Positions 20,499 to 30,861 of a stretch of 64,000 bases of DNA are shown piece by piece. The notes beneath the pieces were generated by a model, which saw only the letters and a program-made list of their open reading frames with translations, was not told where the DNA came from and made no database searches. The stretch lies in NCBI GenBank assembly GCA_902571385.1, contig CACGBK010000002.1:56684-120683 (forward strand), given 5' to 3'. Source of the stretch: an uncultured Candidatus Actinomarina sp. Lineage in GTDB: Bacteria > Actinomycetota > Acidimicrobiia > Actinomarinales > Actinomarinaceae. The position numbers and the translations under genes were made by a program. Each line of letters opens with the position of its first letter. Position 1 is the stretch's first letter.

Positions 20499-21291
20499 AA
20501 AAGTTATTTAAAATTGTATTAACATATTTTTCTCTATAGCCTTTGAGATAATTTGATATGGGTCTATTTGTTTTAGACTCTAGATCAAAAGCACTAAAAC
20601 CAAATTGAGTATTATTTAAGTTTTCTAATTTATTCTTAATATATATAGGGTGATCCTCTAATTTAATTTTATGGATATGAAATTTATACTTAGATTCTAT
20701 TGTATTAAACCATGCTTGAAATGCATCTTCTGGTTTTGACCCTCCTCTATCACCATAATCATTAAATTGACTAAACCATGCTCTTGCAAATCTTGCACGG
20801 TCATCAGCAATTATTTTTTTTGTACGAAACATAGAATCATATTGATAAATTGGAACATTTATATTTGGCATTTTTCTTGGATCAACCAACTTATTATCTA
20901 TTGTAGGGAGACACAAATCTCCACCACCATTAAATTTTATATTTGGAAATTTTTTTTTATTCAATGCAACACAAAGTCTAGTTTTGATTTGATATCTATC
21001 TTTTGTAAAAAACTGATACTGAGGAAAACTTATTGCTGGATATTCCGAATATCTGTTTAAAAAATTTTTTATTTTATTTAAGTCATTTTCATGAAAAAAA
21101 TAATCAATATCCATTCTAAAAACCCAATCACCAGTGCATTGATCAAATCCTTTTTGAAAATACTTTCCAATTAAATCAAATTTAAATTCTTCTGGCCAGT
21201 CATCTCCAACAATTACAACTTCGTCTGAATAGGAATTGTAACAATTTAAAGCTTCTGACCAAGGATCATTTCTATCCTCAGGGTTTGTCAT
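20488..21291 (-). CDS. Hypothetical protein, possible GT-A glycosyltransferase (start moved to ATG at 21291)
   Basis: ORF track begins at 21513 and overlaps the divergent gene starting at 21380 by 133 bp. Internal ATG at 21291 (MTNPEDRNDPW...) removes the overlap. Contains DEVVIVGDD and DID acidic motifs. Confidence 0.4.
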   Translation of the reverse strand: MTNPEDRNDPWSEALNCYNSYSDEVVIVGDDWPEEFKFDLIGKYFQKGFDQCTGDWVFRMDIDYFFHENDLNKIKNFLNRYSEYPAISFPQYQFFTKDRYQIKTRLCVALNKKKFPNIKFNGGGDLCLPTIDNKLVDPRKMPNINVPIYQYDSMFRTKKIIADDRARFARAWFSQFNDYGDRGGSKPEDAFQAWFNTIESKYKFHIHKIKLEDHPIYIKNKLENLNNTQFGFSAFDLESKTNRPISNYLKGYREKYVNTILNNFFMK

Positions 21292-21379
21292 TGTTGTAAA
21301 AGTTGAGATTTTCAATTTTTTCCTAATATTTATTAATAAGATTAGTTTAAAACCAACTAAAATTACGTTAAATAAATTA

Positions 21380-22237
21380 ATGAATAAAAAATATCTTACC
21401 ATTCTTTCAGGCAATCCAAGAGGCGGAGAAAGGACTTGGGAATCTTTGTATGAGAATGTCTTGGATGCTTTAAATTCTGACTTAGCAATTTGTACAGGAG
21501 ATAAATGGCTCAAAAATCAATCGTTTCTTGATATTGCAAAATTTAACTGGATAATTGATGAGCCAAATGACTGGACAACATATTATGAGGATAATTTTGA
21601 TGGAACTTGGAAAGAATTTTTTTTAAGAGGCATGGATACTGGTTTGTACTCTTCAGGATTAATTCATTTTGCACTTAAAGATATAATTTTGAAAAACTTT
21701 AGTAATGAAATACTAAATTATGATTTTATAATTTATTCAAGATTTGACCAATTTTATTTATCAAAGCACAAATATTTTGATTCCGAGGAAATATGGGTAC
21801 CTGAAGGAGAAGATTATTTTGGATTATGCGACAGGCATGCAATCGTTCCTGTGCGATACATAAAACAATATCTGAATATTTGTTCATATGTAGACTCTTC
21901 ATCAGCTCTTAATTTAAAGGCTGATAATCTAAATTGTGAAGTTGTTTATTTGAATCAACTTAAAGATAACGGACTATTTAATTATGTTAAACGTTATGAT
22001 AGAACCCAATTTACGTCTGCATTAAAAAATGATTTTACGAATTGGAGAATTCCAAAATATAAAATATATTTTTTTGGCAAGTTAATGATTAAATATCCAG
22101 ATGAATATATATCAAGTTTTGAGTCAATTTCACAAAAAAAAGAAATCATATTTAGTAAATATTATTTACTCTATATAAATTACTTATACTTAAAAATAAG
22201 AAGAATTTTTGGAAAAATTAAAAAAATAGGTACGTAA
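21380..22237 (+). CDS. Hypothetical protein (285 aa), possible glycosyltransferase-like
   Basis: Long ORF in GT-rich context; no motif I can assign with confidence. Confidence 0.4.
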   Translation: MNKKYLTILSGNPRGGERTWESLYENVLDALNSDLAICTGDKWLKNQSFLDIAKFNWIIDEPNDWTTYYEDNFDGTWKEFFLRGMDTGLYSSGLIHFALKDIILKNFSNEILNYDFIIYSRFDQFYLSKHKYFDSEEIWVPEGEDYFGLCDRHAIVPVRYIKQYLNICSYVDSSSALNLKADNLNCEVVYLNQLKDNGLFNYVKRYDRTQFTSALKNDFTNWRIPKYKIYFFGKLMIKYPDEYISSFESISQKKEIIFSKYYLLYINYLYLKIRRIFGKIKKIGT

Positions 22238-22238
22238 T

Positions 22239-23042
22239 TTGAAAACGCAAAAACTATATTTTCTAACTTATGGAACGAAAAACTTTGATATCTCTGCAAA
22301 ACACATTACAAAGCTTGCTGAAAAGTCAAATTTCTTTGAAAAATGTATATATATGAAACCCAATGACATTGATTATAATTTTAAGAAAAAATATGAACCA
22401 ATTTTTTCTTCCCCAAGAGGTGCAGGTTTTTGGATTTGGAAACATAAAATTATTAAAGATTGTCTAGATAGTATTGGTGATGGTGATATAGTTGTATATT
22501 CTGATTCTGGATCTAGTTTCAACTATTCCGCAAAAAAAAGATTTTATCAATATATTGAGATGTTAAATGACTCAGAATACTCAAACTTCAGAATTGAATG
22601 TGAAAAACAACATATCGAAAGAGACTGGACAACCAAACAATTATTTGAATATTTTAATATTGACCCATATTCAACGATTGGAGAATCTACCCAATTTGAA
22701 GCAACACAAATGATATTTATTAAGAGCAAGGAAACGATTGAATATTTTAATGATTTTTCAAGAGTTGTTGATTATGATATGTTTTTAATTTCAGATATGT
22801 ATAACGATGTAAATCAACTTGATAGTTTTAAAGAGAATAGACACGATCAAAGTATATTTAGTTTATTAAGTAAAACCAGAGGATGTGTAAGTGTAGAAAA
22901 TGAAACACATTTTTCATTCAAACAAGAAGAACAATATAGCTATCCCTTTTTAAGTGTAAGAACTTATGGACATGGAATTAAAGACAAATTAAAATTTAGA
23001 TTCAACCACAAAAAGTATGAATTACCAGTATTCTTTGAATAA
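22239..23042 (+). CDS. Hypothetical protein, putative nucleotide-sugar-dependent glycosyltransferase
   Basis: SSPRGAGFWIWKHKIIKDCL...GDIVVYSDSG pattern recalls DXD-type GT-A enzymes; tentative. Confidence 0.4.
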   Translation: MKTQKLYFLTYGTKNFDISAKHITKLAEKSNFFEKCIYMKPNDIDYNFKKKYEPIFSSPRGAGFWIWKHKIIKDCLDSIGDGDIVVYSDSGSSFNYSAKKRFYQYIEMLNDSEYSNFRIECEKQHIERDWTTKQLFEYFNIDPYSTIGESTQFEATQMIFIKSKETIEYFNDFSRVVDYDMFLISDMYNDVNQLDSFKENRHDQSIFSLLSKTRGCVSVENETHFSFKQEEQYSYPFLSVRTYGHGIKDKLKFRFNHKKYELPVFFE

Positions 23043-23048
23043 AGTTTT

Positions 23049-23723
23049 ATGTTAGAAGATTTGAAAACATTTTTACCTGCAGCAGGCCAAGCAAGTAGAA
23101 TGCAGGGCATACCAAAATTCTTATTACCTTTATCTAAAGAAAAAACATTACTCGGGTTTCATTTAGACAACTTGCTTGAATTAAAAAATAATGAGTTAGT
23201 AATAGGAACTAGTCCGCAATTTTTTACAAATTTGAAATATATTTATAACGATCAAAATATTTTAGAAATAAAATCCAATTCCATGGTTGAAACTGTAATA
23301 AAACTTAAACTTGATAAAAAACGACTATCTTTGGTTGTTATGCCGGATACTTATTTTTCTAATTACGAAATAGTAAATGAAATGAGGCAAAAGTTGTCAT
23401 CCACGGATTTAGACGTAGTATTAGGTCTTTGGAAAATTCAAAATGATCAAAAAGGTAAACTTGGCCAATGCACAATTGAAGGAGAACATATAAAAAAAGT
23501 TGTAGATAAAGATCCAAACTGTGTAGAAGAATTTTTTTGGGGTCTAATTATGTGGAAGCCAAAATTTAATGATTATATTTCTATAGGTGATCCTCATTTC
23601 GGGGTAAGTCTAAATAGAGCGATTGAAGAAAAATTAAAGATAGGTTTTGTAAAAGCAAAAGAACAGTATTTTGATTGTGGCACTTTTGATGAATATTTAA
23701 AACTTGTCAAAAGCTTTAACTAA
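23049..23723 (+). CDS. Sugar-phosphate nucleotidyltransferase family protein
   Basis: LPAAGQASRMQGIPKFLLPL resembles the (I/L)PAAGxGxRM signature of NTP_transferase/cytidylyltransferase enzymes. Confidence 0.5.
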   Translation: MLEDLKTFLPAAGQASRMQGIPKFLLPLSKEKTLLGFHLDNLLELKNNELVIGTSPQFFTNLKYIYNDQNILEIKSNSMVETVIKLKLDKKRLSLVVMPDTYFSNYEIVNEMRQKLSSTDLDVVLGLWKIQNDQKGKLGQCTIEGEHIKKVVDKDPNCVEEFFWGLIMWKPKFNDYISIGDPHFGVSLNRAIEEKLKIGFVKAKEQYFDCGTFDEYLKLVKSFN

Positions 23724-24709
23724 TGAAAAAAATCATATTTCAAGAGTCTTTATCTGTAAGAAAACGACCAATAAATTTAAGTGATAACGATTTATTGTTA
23801 TTTACTCATGAATTTGAAAAAATGATTCCCGAAAGTTACATATTTTTCGAAAAAAAAATGTACTCTTTTAACTCAATAATTTTCTCACTACGCAAGTTTA
23901 GATATTTCAAGAATTATTCATTTTTTGGTGACAAAACTTTTATTGAAAGAATAAAAATTATTTTAAAGAATTATTTAATGTCTTCAAAAAAAGTAAGAAC
24001 TATTGAAAAGGGCACATGGTTTACTGATAACAAAAGCCATGTATATTTTCATTGGATTCTTGATGCTCTTGAAAGGTGTGAATTAGCTATTGATTACTTA
24101 GATGAGTATCCTTTATTAGTCCCTGAAGAATTTTATAAAAAAGCCTTTATTGCTGAAAGTCTTGACCTTTTAGGTTTAAATTATTACGTTTTAGAAAAGA
24201 ATTATATTTATAAAATTAAAGAATTATTGATAACTAGTAAAACTGCAGAAACAGGAAATTATAATGAAAAAATATTAAAGAACCTAATAAATAGATTCAA
24301 ATTAAATGCCAAAATTCCGGTTGTAAATACAAATAAAAATATATTTATATATAGAGATTCAAAAATTGGAAGAGATATTAAAAATTTTAAAGAAATAAAA
24401 CACATTTTAGATAAACACAATTATGAAATAGTTAATTTTGAAGACTATTCCTATGACGAAAAAATAGCAATTTTAAAATATTGTGAAAACTTATTAGGTA
24501 TGTTTGGTAGCGGTTTGTCAAACATGATATTTTTAGATAAAGCTAAAAATCTCATTGAGATAAGAAATTTAAATGATTATGAGAATAATGCTTTTTATTC
24601 TCTCTCATCCGCGTGCGATTTGAATTATTATTATTTATTTTTTGAATTGAAAGATGATGGGTGTTATGTAGATCCCACGATTCTTGATAATTTGTTAAAT
24701 AAATTATAA
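23723..24709 (+). CDS. GT61/DUF563-family glycosyltransferase
   Basis: LGMFGSGLSNMIFLDKAKNLIEI matches the DUF563 GxHGAGLtNxxF motif. Confidence 0.55.
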   Translation: MKKIIFQESLSVRKRPINLSDNDLLLFTHEFEKMIPESYIFFEKKMYSFNSIIFSLRKFRYFKNYSFFGDKTFIERIKIILKNYLMSSKKVRTIEKGTWFTDNKSHVYFHWILDALERCELAIDYLDEYPLLVPEEFYKKAFIAESLDLLGLNYYVLEKNYIYKIKELLITSKTAETGNYNEKILKNLINRFKLNAKIPVVNTNKNIFIYRDSKIGRDIKNFKEIKHILDKHNYEIVNFEDYSYDEKIAILKYCENLLGMFGSGLSNMIFLDKAKNLIEIRNLNDYENNAFYSLSSACDLNYYYLFFELKDDGCYVDPTILDNLLNKL

Positions 24710-24716
24710 TAACTAC

Positions 24717-26531
24717 ATGAATTTTCTAATTTCATTTATTTTTAATTTAACTATTTTAAATTACCTCTTCTTTCTACTTGAACGTATAGACAATGCTAGG
24801 ATTTTAGAATATTCATATGTAAATCTTGCGGAAGATTTAAATTTTATTGGTGCCCAATTTGACGTAAATTTTACATATTTTATTTTTTCAATTCCAATAT
24901 CTTTAGTTATTACATTTGTGATTAATCGATTTGTAAAATTTGATTTTAAAAATGACGAAATTGAGACTTTATTGAAAAAATTTCTTTATATTGGCTTCAT
25001 AAACCTAGCAGTTTTATGTTTCTTTATTTATTTTTTAAGATTATATGAACTTTTATCGAGAGCATATGTCTTTTTCTATATATTGTTATTTCCATTTTTC
25101 TATCTATTCTTAGATGGTATTCAATATGTCACTAGACAGAGACTCCAAAAAACATTTTTTAATGTATTAACAATTTTTATTATTGGCGGTTTAACATTTT
25201 TAAACTCAAATTTCTATTCTTCTTCATTAGACAATATATTAAATAGAGACAAAGTTGAAGACGATCTTAAAATAATCGCTGAAGAAAAAATTGAATCACT
25301 AGATTTTCAAGAAAGTGTTGTTTTGGACGATGAAGAATGTAGTCCGTGGGTAGGAACTGGTCAATTCACTGGCTGTATCGGGGGCATTAAAGTAAGTAGT
25401 TTTTCTTATGAACAACAAGTTACAAATTTAACAGTATTTGAAAACAAATTATATATTGTATTCAAAGATGGCACAGTATATGTTCAAAACTCTTTGAATT
25501 CTGAATTAGAATTATTTTTAGACTTAACTGATATAGTCCATACTGAGTTTCCAGGTATGTCCCAAGGCTTATATGATATAGCTTTTGATCCTAATGGTGA
25601 TAGCTTCCTTGTTTCTTATTCAAATAGTGATATAGCAATTGTATTTTCAAAATATTTTTTAAATAATGATAGGTTGCCAGATTATGAAAACCCAGTTGAA
25701 CTTTTAAGACTATCAAATAATGTTAAATATCACTTTGGAGGCTCAGTTATTTGGTCTGATTTTTTTGATGGATACCTTGTAGGGATTGGAGATATGAGAG
25801 AAAATATAATGCCTCTAGTTCACTCTGATGCTTTAAATACAACTAGCTATAAAGGAAAAATAATACTGTTAGATTCTGATAAAACTATAAGTTCTCCATT
25901 AATCAACGAGCATGGGTTATATGAAAGTATTGATAAAATTGTTGCATACGGTCTCAGAAATCCTTGGCAAATATCAGAGTACAACAACAGACTAATCATT
26001 ACAGATGTTGGGTCACAATTTATTGAAGAAGTAAATGAAGTAAATTACTTGGATTATGAAGATGGAAATTATACCTCTGTATCATTTGGCTGGCCTCTAA
26101 TGATGGGTGATGAATTATCATATAATTTTAGAGAGAGAAACAAAGATGCAATGACGAGATTAGATGGAAAAATTACCGATTTATATTATTGGGAAAGTGA
26201 TGTAATTGAAAAAGCTGATGATTATTTAATTGAAAATTCCAAAAGCCCACTTTTACAGTACGATCACTTTGTAGATGACAATACTATAAGAGCGGCAATA
26301 ATCGGTGGTGATTTTATAAAAAATGGTACAGGTAAATATGATAATTATTACTTTTTTACTGACTATGTAGAGAGTGAAATTTATGGTGTTAATGTTGAAA
26401 CTAAAGATGTGCTTATATTTCCTGTTACGTTTGTTGGAAATCCTACGTCATTAAAGGGAAGCCCTTTTCAAAAAGACGCTCTAGTAATTGGTTATGCAAA
26501 TGGAATAATATCTAGTGTAGAATTACCATGA
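24717..26531 (+). CDS. Membrane-anchored beta-propeller protein of the soluble glucose/sorbosone dehydrogenase (GSDH) family
   Basis: About 5 N-terminal TM helices; C-terminal YGLRNPWQISEYNNRLIITDVGSQFIEEVNEVNYL...NYTSVSFGWPLMMGDE resembles GSDH motifs (GlRNPwg...D.G...EEvn.i..G.NYGWP). Confidence 0.45.
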   Translation: MNFLISFIFNLTILNYLFFLLERIDNARILEYSYVNLAEDLNFIGAQFDVNFTYFIFSIPISLVITFVINRFVKFDFKNDEIETLLKKFLYIGFINLAVLCFFIYFLRLYELLSRAYVFFYILLFPFFYLFLDGIQYVTRQRLQKTFFNVLTIFIIGGLTFLNSNFYSSSLDNILNRDKVEDDLKIIAEEKIESLDFQESVVLDDEECSPWVGTGQFTGCIGGIKVSSFSYEQQVTNLTVFENKLYIVFKDGTVYVQNSLNSELELFLDLTDIVHTEFPGMSQGLYDIAFDPNGDSFLVSYSNSDIAIVFSKYFLNNDRLPDYENPVELLRLSNNVKYHFGGSVIWSDFFDGYLVGIGDMRENIMPLVHSDALNTTSYKGKIILLDSDKTISSPLINEHGLYESIDKIVAYGLRNPWQISEYNNRLIITDVGSQFIEEVNEVNYLDYEDGNYTSVSFGWPLMMGDELSYNFRERNKDAMTRLDGKITDLYYWESDVIEKADDYLIENSKSPLLQYDHFVDDNTIRAAIIGGDFIKNGTGKYDNYYFFTDYVESEIYGVNVETKDVLIFPVTFVGNPTSLKGSPFQKDALVIGYANGIISSVELP

Positions 26532-26537
26532 TATTTA

Positions 26538-27557
26538 ATGAGCTTATATATAAACGAATTATCTGAAGATAAAGTAATCACGAGTTATAATTTTGCGAGA
26601 AACAGTGATACCGTTTTTTCAGAAATTGTAACAAAAGACCAGTTTTCAAAACTAAATTCTAAAAATTTAATTAAAATTTTAGAAACAAAAGATCAAATCT
26701 TATATTTGAATTCACAATTTAAATTAAGTGAAAATAATATTATTTTTACAAATACTTATTTGATTAAAGATCTCTTTATTTTTTTAAATGATGCAAATGA
26801 TCTAAACAATATTAAGTTGATAACAAGCCAAACTGATCATCTTGTAGATAAAAAACTATATAACTTAAAACCTTCATGTGTATCAGAATGGTATTCTATA
26901 AATGTTGACCATAACGCAAAAAACCTTCATCCGATTCCTTTAGGATTATCAAACTATCACCCGAAGAATTTAAATAAAAAGCATTTTTTTAAATTAGACG
27001 GGGATGTTAATAAAGAAAACAAAATTTATTTAAACTTTCAAAAAAATACTAATTTCATTGAAAGAAATAAAATAATTAAAAATTGTGAAAATAAAGATTA
27101 CATGTTTATAGATGAGCCAAATCTTAAATTAGATCAATATATAAAGAATTTATATAAATTTAAGTTTATACTTTCACCTCCGGGAAATGGTATTGATACA
27201 CATAGAACTTGGGAGGCACTTTATGCAGGATCAATTCCTATAACAAGAAAGTATGTTGGAAGCTCTTGCCTCGAAGGTTTAAGTGCAATAGTATTGGACG
27301 ATTTTAATCAAATTAATTCTGAATTAATCAATAAGGAGTATGACACTAATCAAAACAAAGAAAAACTATCTCTAGATTATTGGATGCAAATTATCAAAAA
27401 AAACGAAATTAATAGTAGTAATTATATTCAATATGAATTAAGTATTGAACAAATAGACAAAATTAAAGAAAACTATTATAAAGCTTTAAAAAATGAGTCT
27501 CGAATTAAAAAGTTAAAAACATTTCAGAGAAAATTGATTAATAAATTAAATTTTTAA
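26538..27557 (+). CDS. Exostosin-like (GT47-like) glycosyltransferase
   Basis: FILSPPGNGIDTHRTWEALYAGSIPIT matches the exostosin C-terminal motif F.L.P.G.....R..EAL..GCIPV; paralog at 29983..30861. Confidence 0.5.
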   Translation: MSLYINELSEDKVITSYNFARNSDTVFSEIVTKDQFSKLNSKNLIKILETKDQILYLNSQFKLSENNIIFTNTYLIKDLFIFLNDANDLNNIKLITSQTDHLVDKKLYNLKPSCVSEWYSINVDHNAKNLHPIPLGLSNYHPKNLNKKHFFKLDGDVNKENKIYLNFQKNTNFIERNKIIKNCENKDYMFIDEPNLKLDQYIKNLYKFKFILSPPGNGIDTHRTWEALYAGSIPITRKYVGSSCLEGLSAIVLDDFNQINSELINKEYDTNQNKEKLSLDYWMQIIKKNEINSSNYIQYELSIEQIDKIKENYYKALKNESRIKKLKTFQRKLINKLNF

Positions 27558-27560
27558 AAC

Positions 27561-28340
27561 ATGGAAAAAAAAATATTAATTTTGATTTTAGCTTCTAATA
27601 GATATCCTTCACCTTTAAATGAATATATGCAAAAGAAAACTTGGATTAAAGAGATCACTGACAAAAATATTGAAGTTATTTTTTTTAAATCATCAAAAGT
27701 TACCTCTTTAAAAGGAATGTATCTACACATCAAGCAAAAAAACAAAACAATATTTGGAATAAAAGAGAGAACTATTTCTGCATTAGATTGGTGTATTCAA
27801 AACAAAGATTTTGATTTTATCTTAAGAATGAACTCAAGCTCATATATAAATATAGAAAATCTAAAAAAATTTATAAATAATATGAATAACGAATATATCT
27901 ATGCTGGAAGAGAAATGTTATTCAATAATGATAAATTTGTATCAGGTGCCGGAATAATTTTAAATAGAAAATCTGTGAATTTAATTTTGAAAAATAAAAA
28001 TTTACTAGAAAATAATTTTCTTGATGATGTTGCAATTGGCAAGTTATTTAAGAATAAAAATATTGATATATATCCTGGAGATTTTCAGTATTTTTCAAAG
28101 AATATTTATAAAGAAGACATTCAACCTGAACATTATCAATATAGGTGCAATTCATATTATTTCGGATATCCTCGCTTTTTAGAACCAATAATTATGAAAA
28201 AAATTGATAAAACTCTCAATGGAATATCAAATACTACCATCGACTATTTTTTGATGATTTTAATATACATAATGAAATTTTTGAATTTTAATTATTTTTT
28301 TCTCAGATATATAAAAAAATCAAACAGGGTACAGAGATAA
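27561..28340 (+). CDS. GT31/fringe-like GT-A glycosyltransferase
   Basis: KILILILASNRY...KKTWIKE, SGAGIILNRKSV, DDVAIGKLF; canonical DDD replaced by RMNSSSY. Confidence 0.5.
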   Translation: MEKKILILILASNRYPSPLNEYMQKKTWIKEITDKNIEVIFFKSSKVTSLKGMYLHIKQKNKTIFGIKERTISALDWCIQNKDFDFILRMNSSSYINIENLKKFINNMNNEYIYAGREMLFNNDKFVSGAGIILNRKSVNLILKNKNLLENNFLDDVAIGKLFKNKNIDIYPGDFQYFSKNIYKEDIQPEHYQYRCNSYYFGYPRFLEPIIMKKIDKTLNGISNTTIDYFLMILIYIMKFLNFNYFFLRYIKKSNRVQR

Positions 28341-28347
28341 AAGACAG

Positions 28348-29175
28348 TTAACCTTCTAAATCTTTTAAATATTTTTTGTAATGCCGATTTTGAAATTTTG
28401 AAAAATACTTTCTTGGATATATTTTTTGTATAAATCTAACAATATAAAATAAAAAATTTTCGAGAATAAAATTATTTTTTTTATCTTCTTTATATTTTTT
28501 GTAATTGTTTTTTAATTTAATCATATAAAATCCCTCTATAACTCTCGGTAAATTAAAGTCTCTTAATATACATCTTGTTAAAAATAATTTATAATCGATT
28601 TCATTAAATTTTGGGAATACATTGATAGTATTTCTTTCAAAGTTTTTTGGATATATTTGAAAATAACTTAAAAAATCAGCCAGGGCAACATCGTCAATTA
28701 ATTTATGATTCCAACGATCTTTATTTTGAATTATCAACTTAACATTTTTTTTGCTAAGGAGGTAGCCAGAGCCAGATGCAAATTTGATAGATTTATTCTG
28801 ATAATTAGCTTCAGCGACTACCCCAGAATACAAATTCTCCTCATAATTTTTTTCTAGAAAATTAATCAGTTGATTGATATCTACATATGACGAAGCGCTT
28901 GTTCTTAATATAACATCATAATCTAGATTTCTCTCAACCCATTCAAAACAATCAATAGTTTTTTTACCAATATCTTCAAACTTTTTTGAAGATGGAAGCT
29001 TAAGGGTCTTTTTTGTAAGTTCGGTCTTTTGATGTCCTCCTAGATAAAAAATTGTAACGACACCCATTGTTTCTTTTGCCCATGTCAATTTTTGAAATAA
29101 TCTATTAATCAAAGATATTATCTGATTTGATGAAAGAACTAAAATTACTATTTTTATTTTGTTATGTTTAATCAT
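28348..29175 (-). CDS. GT31/fringe-like GT-A glycosyltransferase (paralog)
   Basis: IKIVILVLSSNQ...KLTWAKE, ASGSGYLLSKKNV, DDVALADFL; same RTSASSY substitution as paralogs. Confidence 0.5.
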   Translation of the reverse strand: MIKHNKIKIVILVLSSNQIISLINRLFQKLTWAKETMGVVTIFYLGGHQKTELTKKTLKLPSSKKFEDIGKKTIDCFEWVERNLDYDVILRTSASSYVDINQLINFLEKNYEENLYSGVVAEANYQNKSIKFASGSGYLLSKKNVKLIIQNKDRWNHKLIDDVALADFLSYFQIYPKNFERNTINVFPKFNEIDYKLFLTRCILRDFNLPRVIEGFYMIKLKNNYKKYKEDKKNNFILENFLFYIVRFIQKIYPRKYFSKFQNRHYKKYLKDLEG

Positions 29176-29212
29176 AAATACAATTTCATATTTATAAATT
29201 ATAATTTATAAG

Positions 29213-29986
29213 ATGATATTGTTTAATCGCATTAAATCTTTTTTATTTAGACTCGATTATTTAAAAATTTATAAGTCAAAGTATCTTTATAAATATCTTT
29301 ATTTAATTTGCTTTAAAATAGTAAATTTGTGTAGATGGGTTGTGAGTTTTTTTATAAAGAAAAAAGCTAATAATCTTAACGATTTTTTTAAAAGAATAGG
29401 AATAATTTGGTACGGTGGGAATGAAGGCCACACACAGCAAGTAAAAAGAGAAACTGACTTTTTAGAAAAACAATCTCGATCAAAAACCAAAATTCTTGAA
29501 ATAGGATTCAATGGAGGACATTCAAGTGAAACCTTCTTAAATTCGAATAGTTCACTTACTGTTGATTCAATTGATATTGGCTATCATCACTACGTTAACT
29601 TTGGTAAGTATTATTTAAAAAAGAGATTCACTAAAAGATTTAATCTACACATTGGAGAATCAAGAAAAGTCTTGCCAGATTTATTAAAAAAAGAATTAAT
29701 TTTTGACTTAATTTTCATTGATGGATCACATGAATATAAAGATGTCATTACAGATCTTGAAATTTGTAGCAAATTATCAGATAAAGACACACTAGTTATT
29801 TTAGACGATGTATATTACGAAAAAGATAAAGATGGACTTTCAAGTGTTGACAATCATAATTTAGGTCCAACAAAAGCCTGGAATGAATTCAAATTGAAGA
29901 ACTTAGTTATTGAAGATGGTTATATTGAGTTTGAAACTGAAAATACAAATAAAAGATCTATTGTTTATGGAAAGTTTACTTTTTAA
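29213..29986 (+). CDS. Putative class I SAM-dependent methyltransferase (TylF/CmcI-like)
   Basis: ILEIGFNGGHSSETFL (motif I) and DLIFIDGSHEYKDVITDLE; start codon uncertain. Confidence 0.45.
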   Translation: MILFNRIKSFLFRLDYLKIYKSKYLYKYLYLICFKIVNLCRWVVSFFIKKKANNLNDFFKRIGIIWYGGNEGHTQQVKRETDFLEKQSRSKTKILEIGFNGGHSSETFLNSNSSLTVDSIDIGYHHYVNFGKYYLKKRFTKRFNLHIGESRKVLPDLLKKELIFDLIFIDGSHEYKDVITDLEICSKLSDKDTLVILDDVYYEKDKDGLSSVDNHNLGPTKAWNEFKLKNLVIEDGYIEFETENTNKRSIVYGKFTF

Positions 29987-30861
29987 AGCTTTGATTTTTT
30001 AATTGTTTCTAACCAAAAATCTATCTCATTATATTTTCCTTCTAAAAGTTTTTGATAATTTTTCTCATAGGTTGATTTAAGAAATACTTCATCCATTTCC
30101 ACAATCTCCTCCCAATCTTCTACTATTAACATTGGAATATTGAAATTTTTTAAATTTTGAATGAAATCTGAATTTTTTACTACAGGAATTGTGTTGACTA
30201 TCAATGATTCCCAAAACCTATGAGTGTCTAAACCATTTCCATATGGACATAAATTGAATTTATAATTGTTTAAATCTGAAATATACCTTTTATGTCGTGC
30301 AAAATTATTAAAGTCTACAAGATTATTTTGTTTTGCAAGATTTAATACGTCTATTCTTGTTTTATTAGTCAATGTGTTGAAAGAGCAGTAAATTCTGTTT
30401 TTTTTATCTTCAATATTTTTGATTTCTATTTTAAAATGATCCAGTTTTCCATTTTTAAGAAAACTCCTATTTTCAAGTCCAATAGGAATTACCTCAAATC
30501 TATCATCACTTGATTTTGAAAATTCTAGATTTTGTCCATACCATTTAACGTTCTTGTCTCCTATTAGATCAATATAAGATTTGACTATGGGATAATCTGA
30601 ATTATGTGTAATCAAAATAAAAAATTCTTCAATATGTGGAAAAGAATTATTGATAAAGTCATTTAAGTAGTCAGTTTTAACAAATACAATATCGTTTTTC
30701 TTAATTTTCACAACATTTACTTTTCTGATTTCGTCATAAATATGATCAGAGTGTTTTCTAAATGTATCACCACTAATGTAAGGCGAACTTGAAAGTCTTA
30801 CATATTTTCTAAAATACCTAAGGTATTTTTGATAAATGTAGTTTTTTATCCTGTTAATCAT
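29983..30861 (-). CDS. Exostosin-like (GT47-like) glycosyltransferase (paralog)
   Basis: FNLCPYGNGLDTHRFWESLIVNTIPVV, same motif as 26538..27557. Confidence 0.5.
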   Translation of the reverse strand: MINRIKNYIYQKYLRYFRKYVRLSSSPYISGDTFRKHSDHIYDEIRKVNVVKIKKNDIVFVKTDYLNDFINNSFPHIEEFFILITHNSDYPIVKSYIDLIGDKNVKWYGQNLEFSKSSDDRFEVIPIGLENRSFLKNGKLDHFKIEIKNIEDKKNRIYCSFNTLTNKTRIDVLNLAKQNNLVDFNNFARHKRYISDLNNYKFNLCPYGNGLDTHRFWESLIVNTIPVVKNSDFIQNLKNFNIPMLIVEDWEEIVEMDEVFLKSTYEKNYQKLLEGKYNEIDFWLETIKKSKL

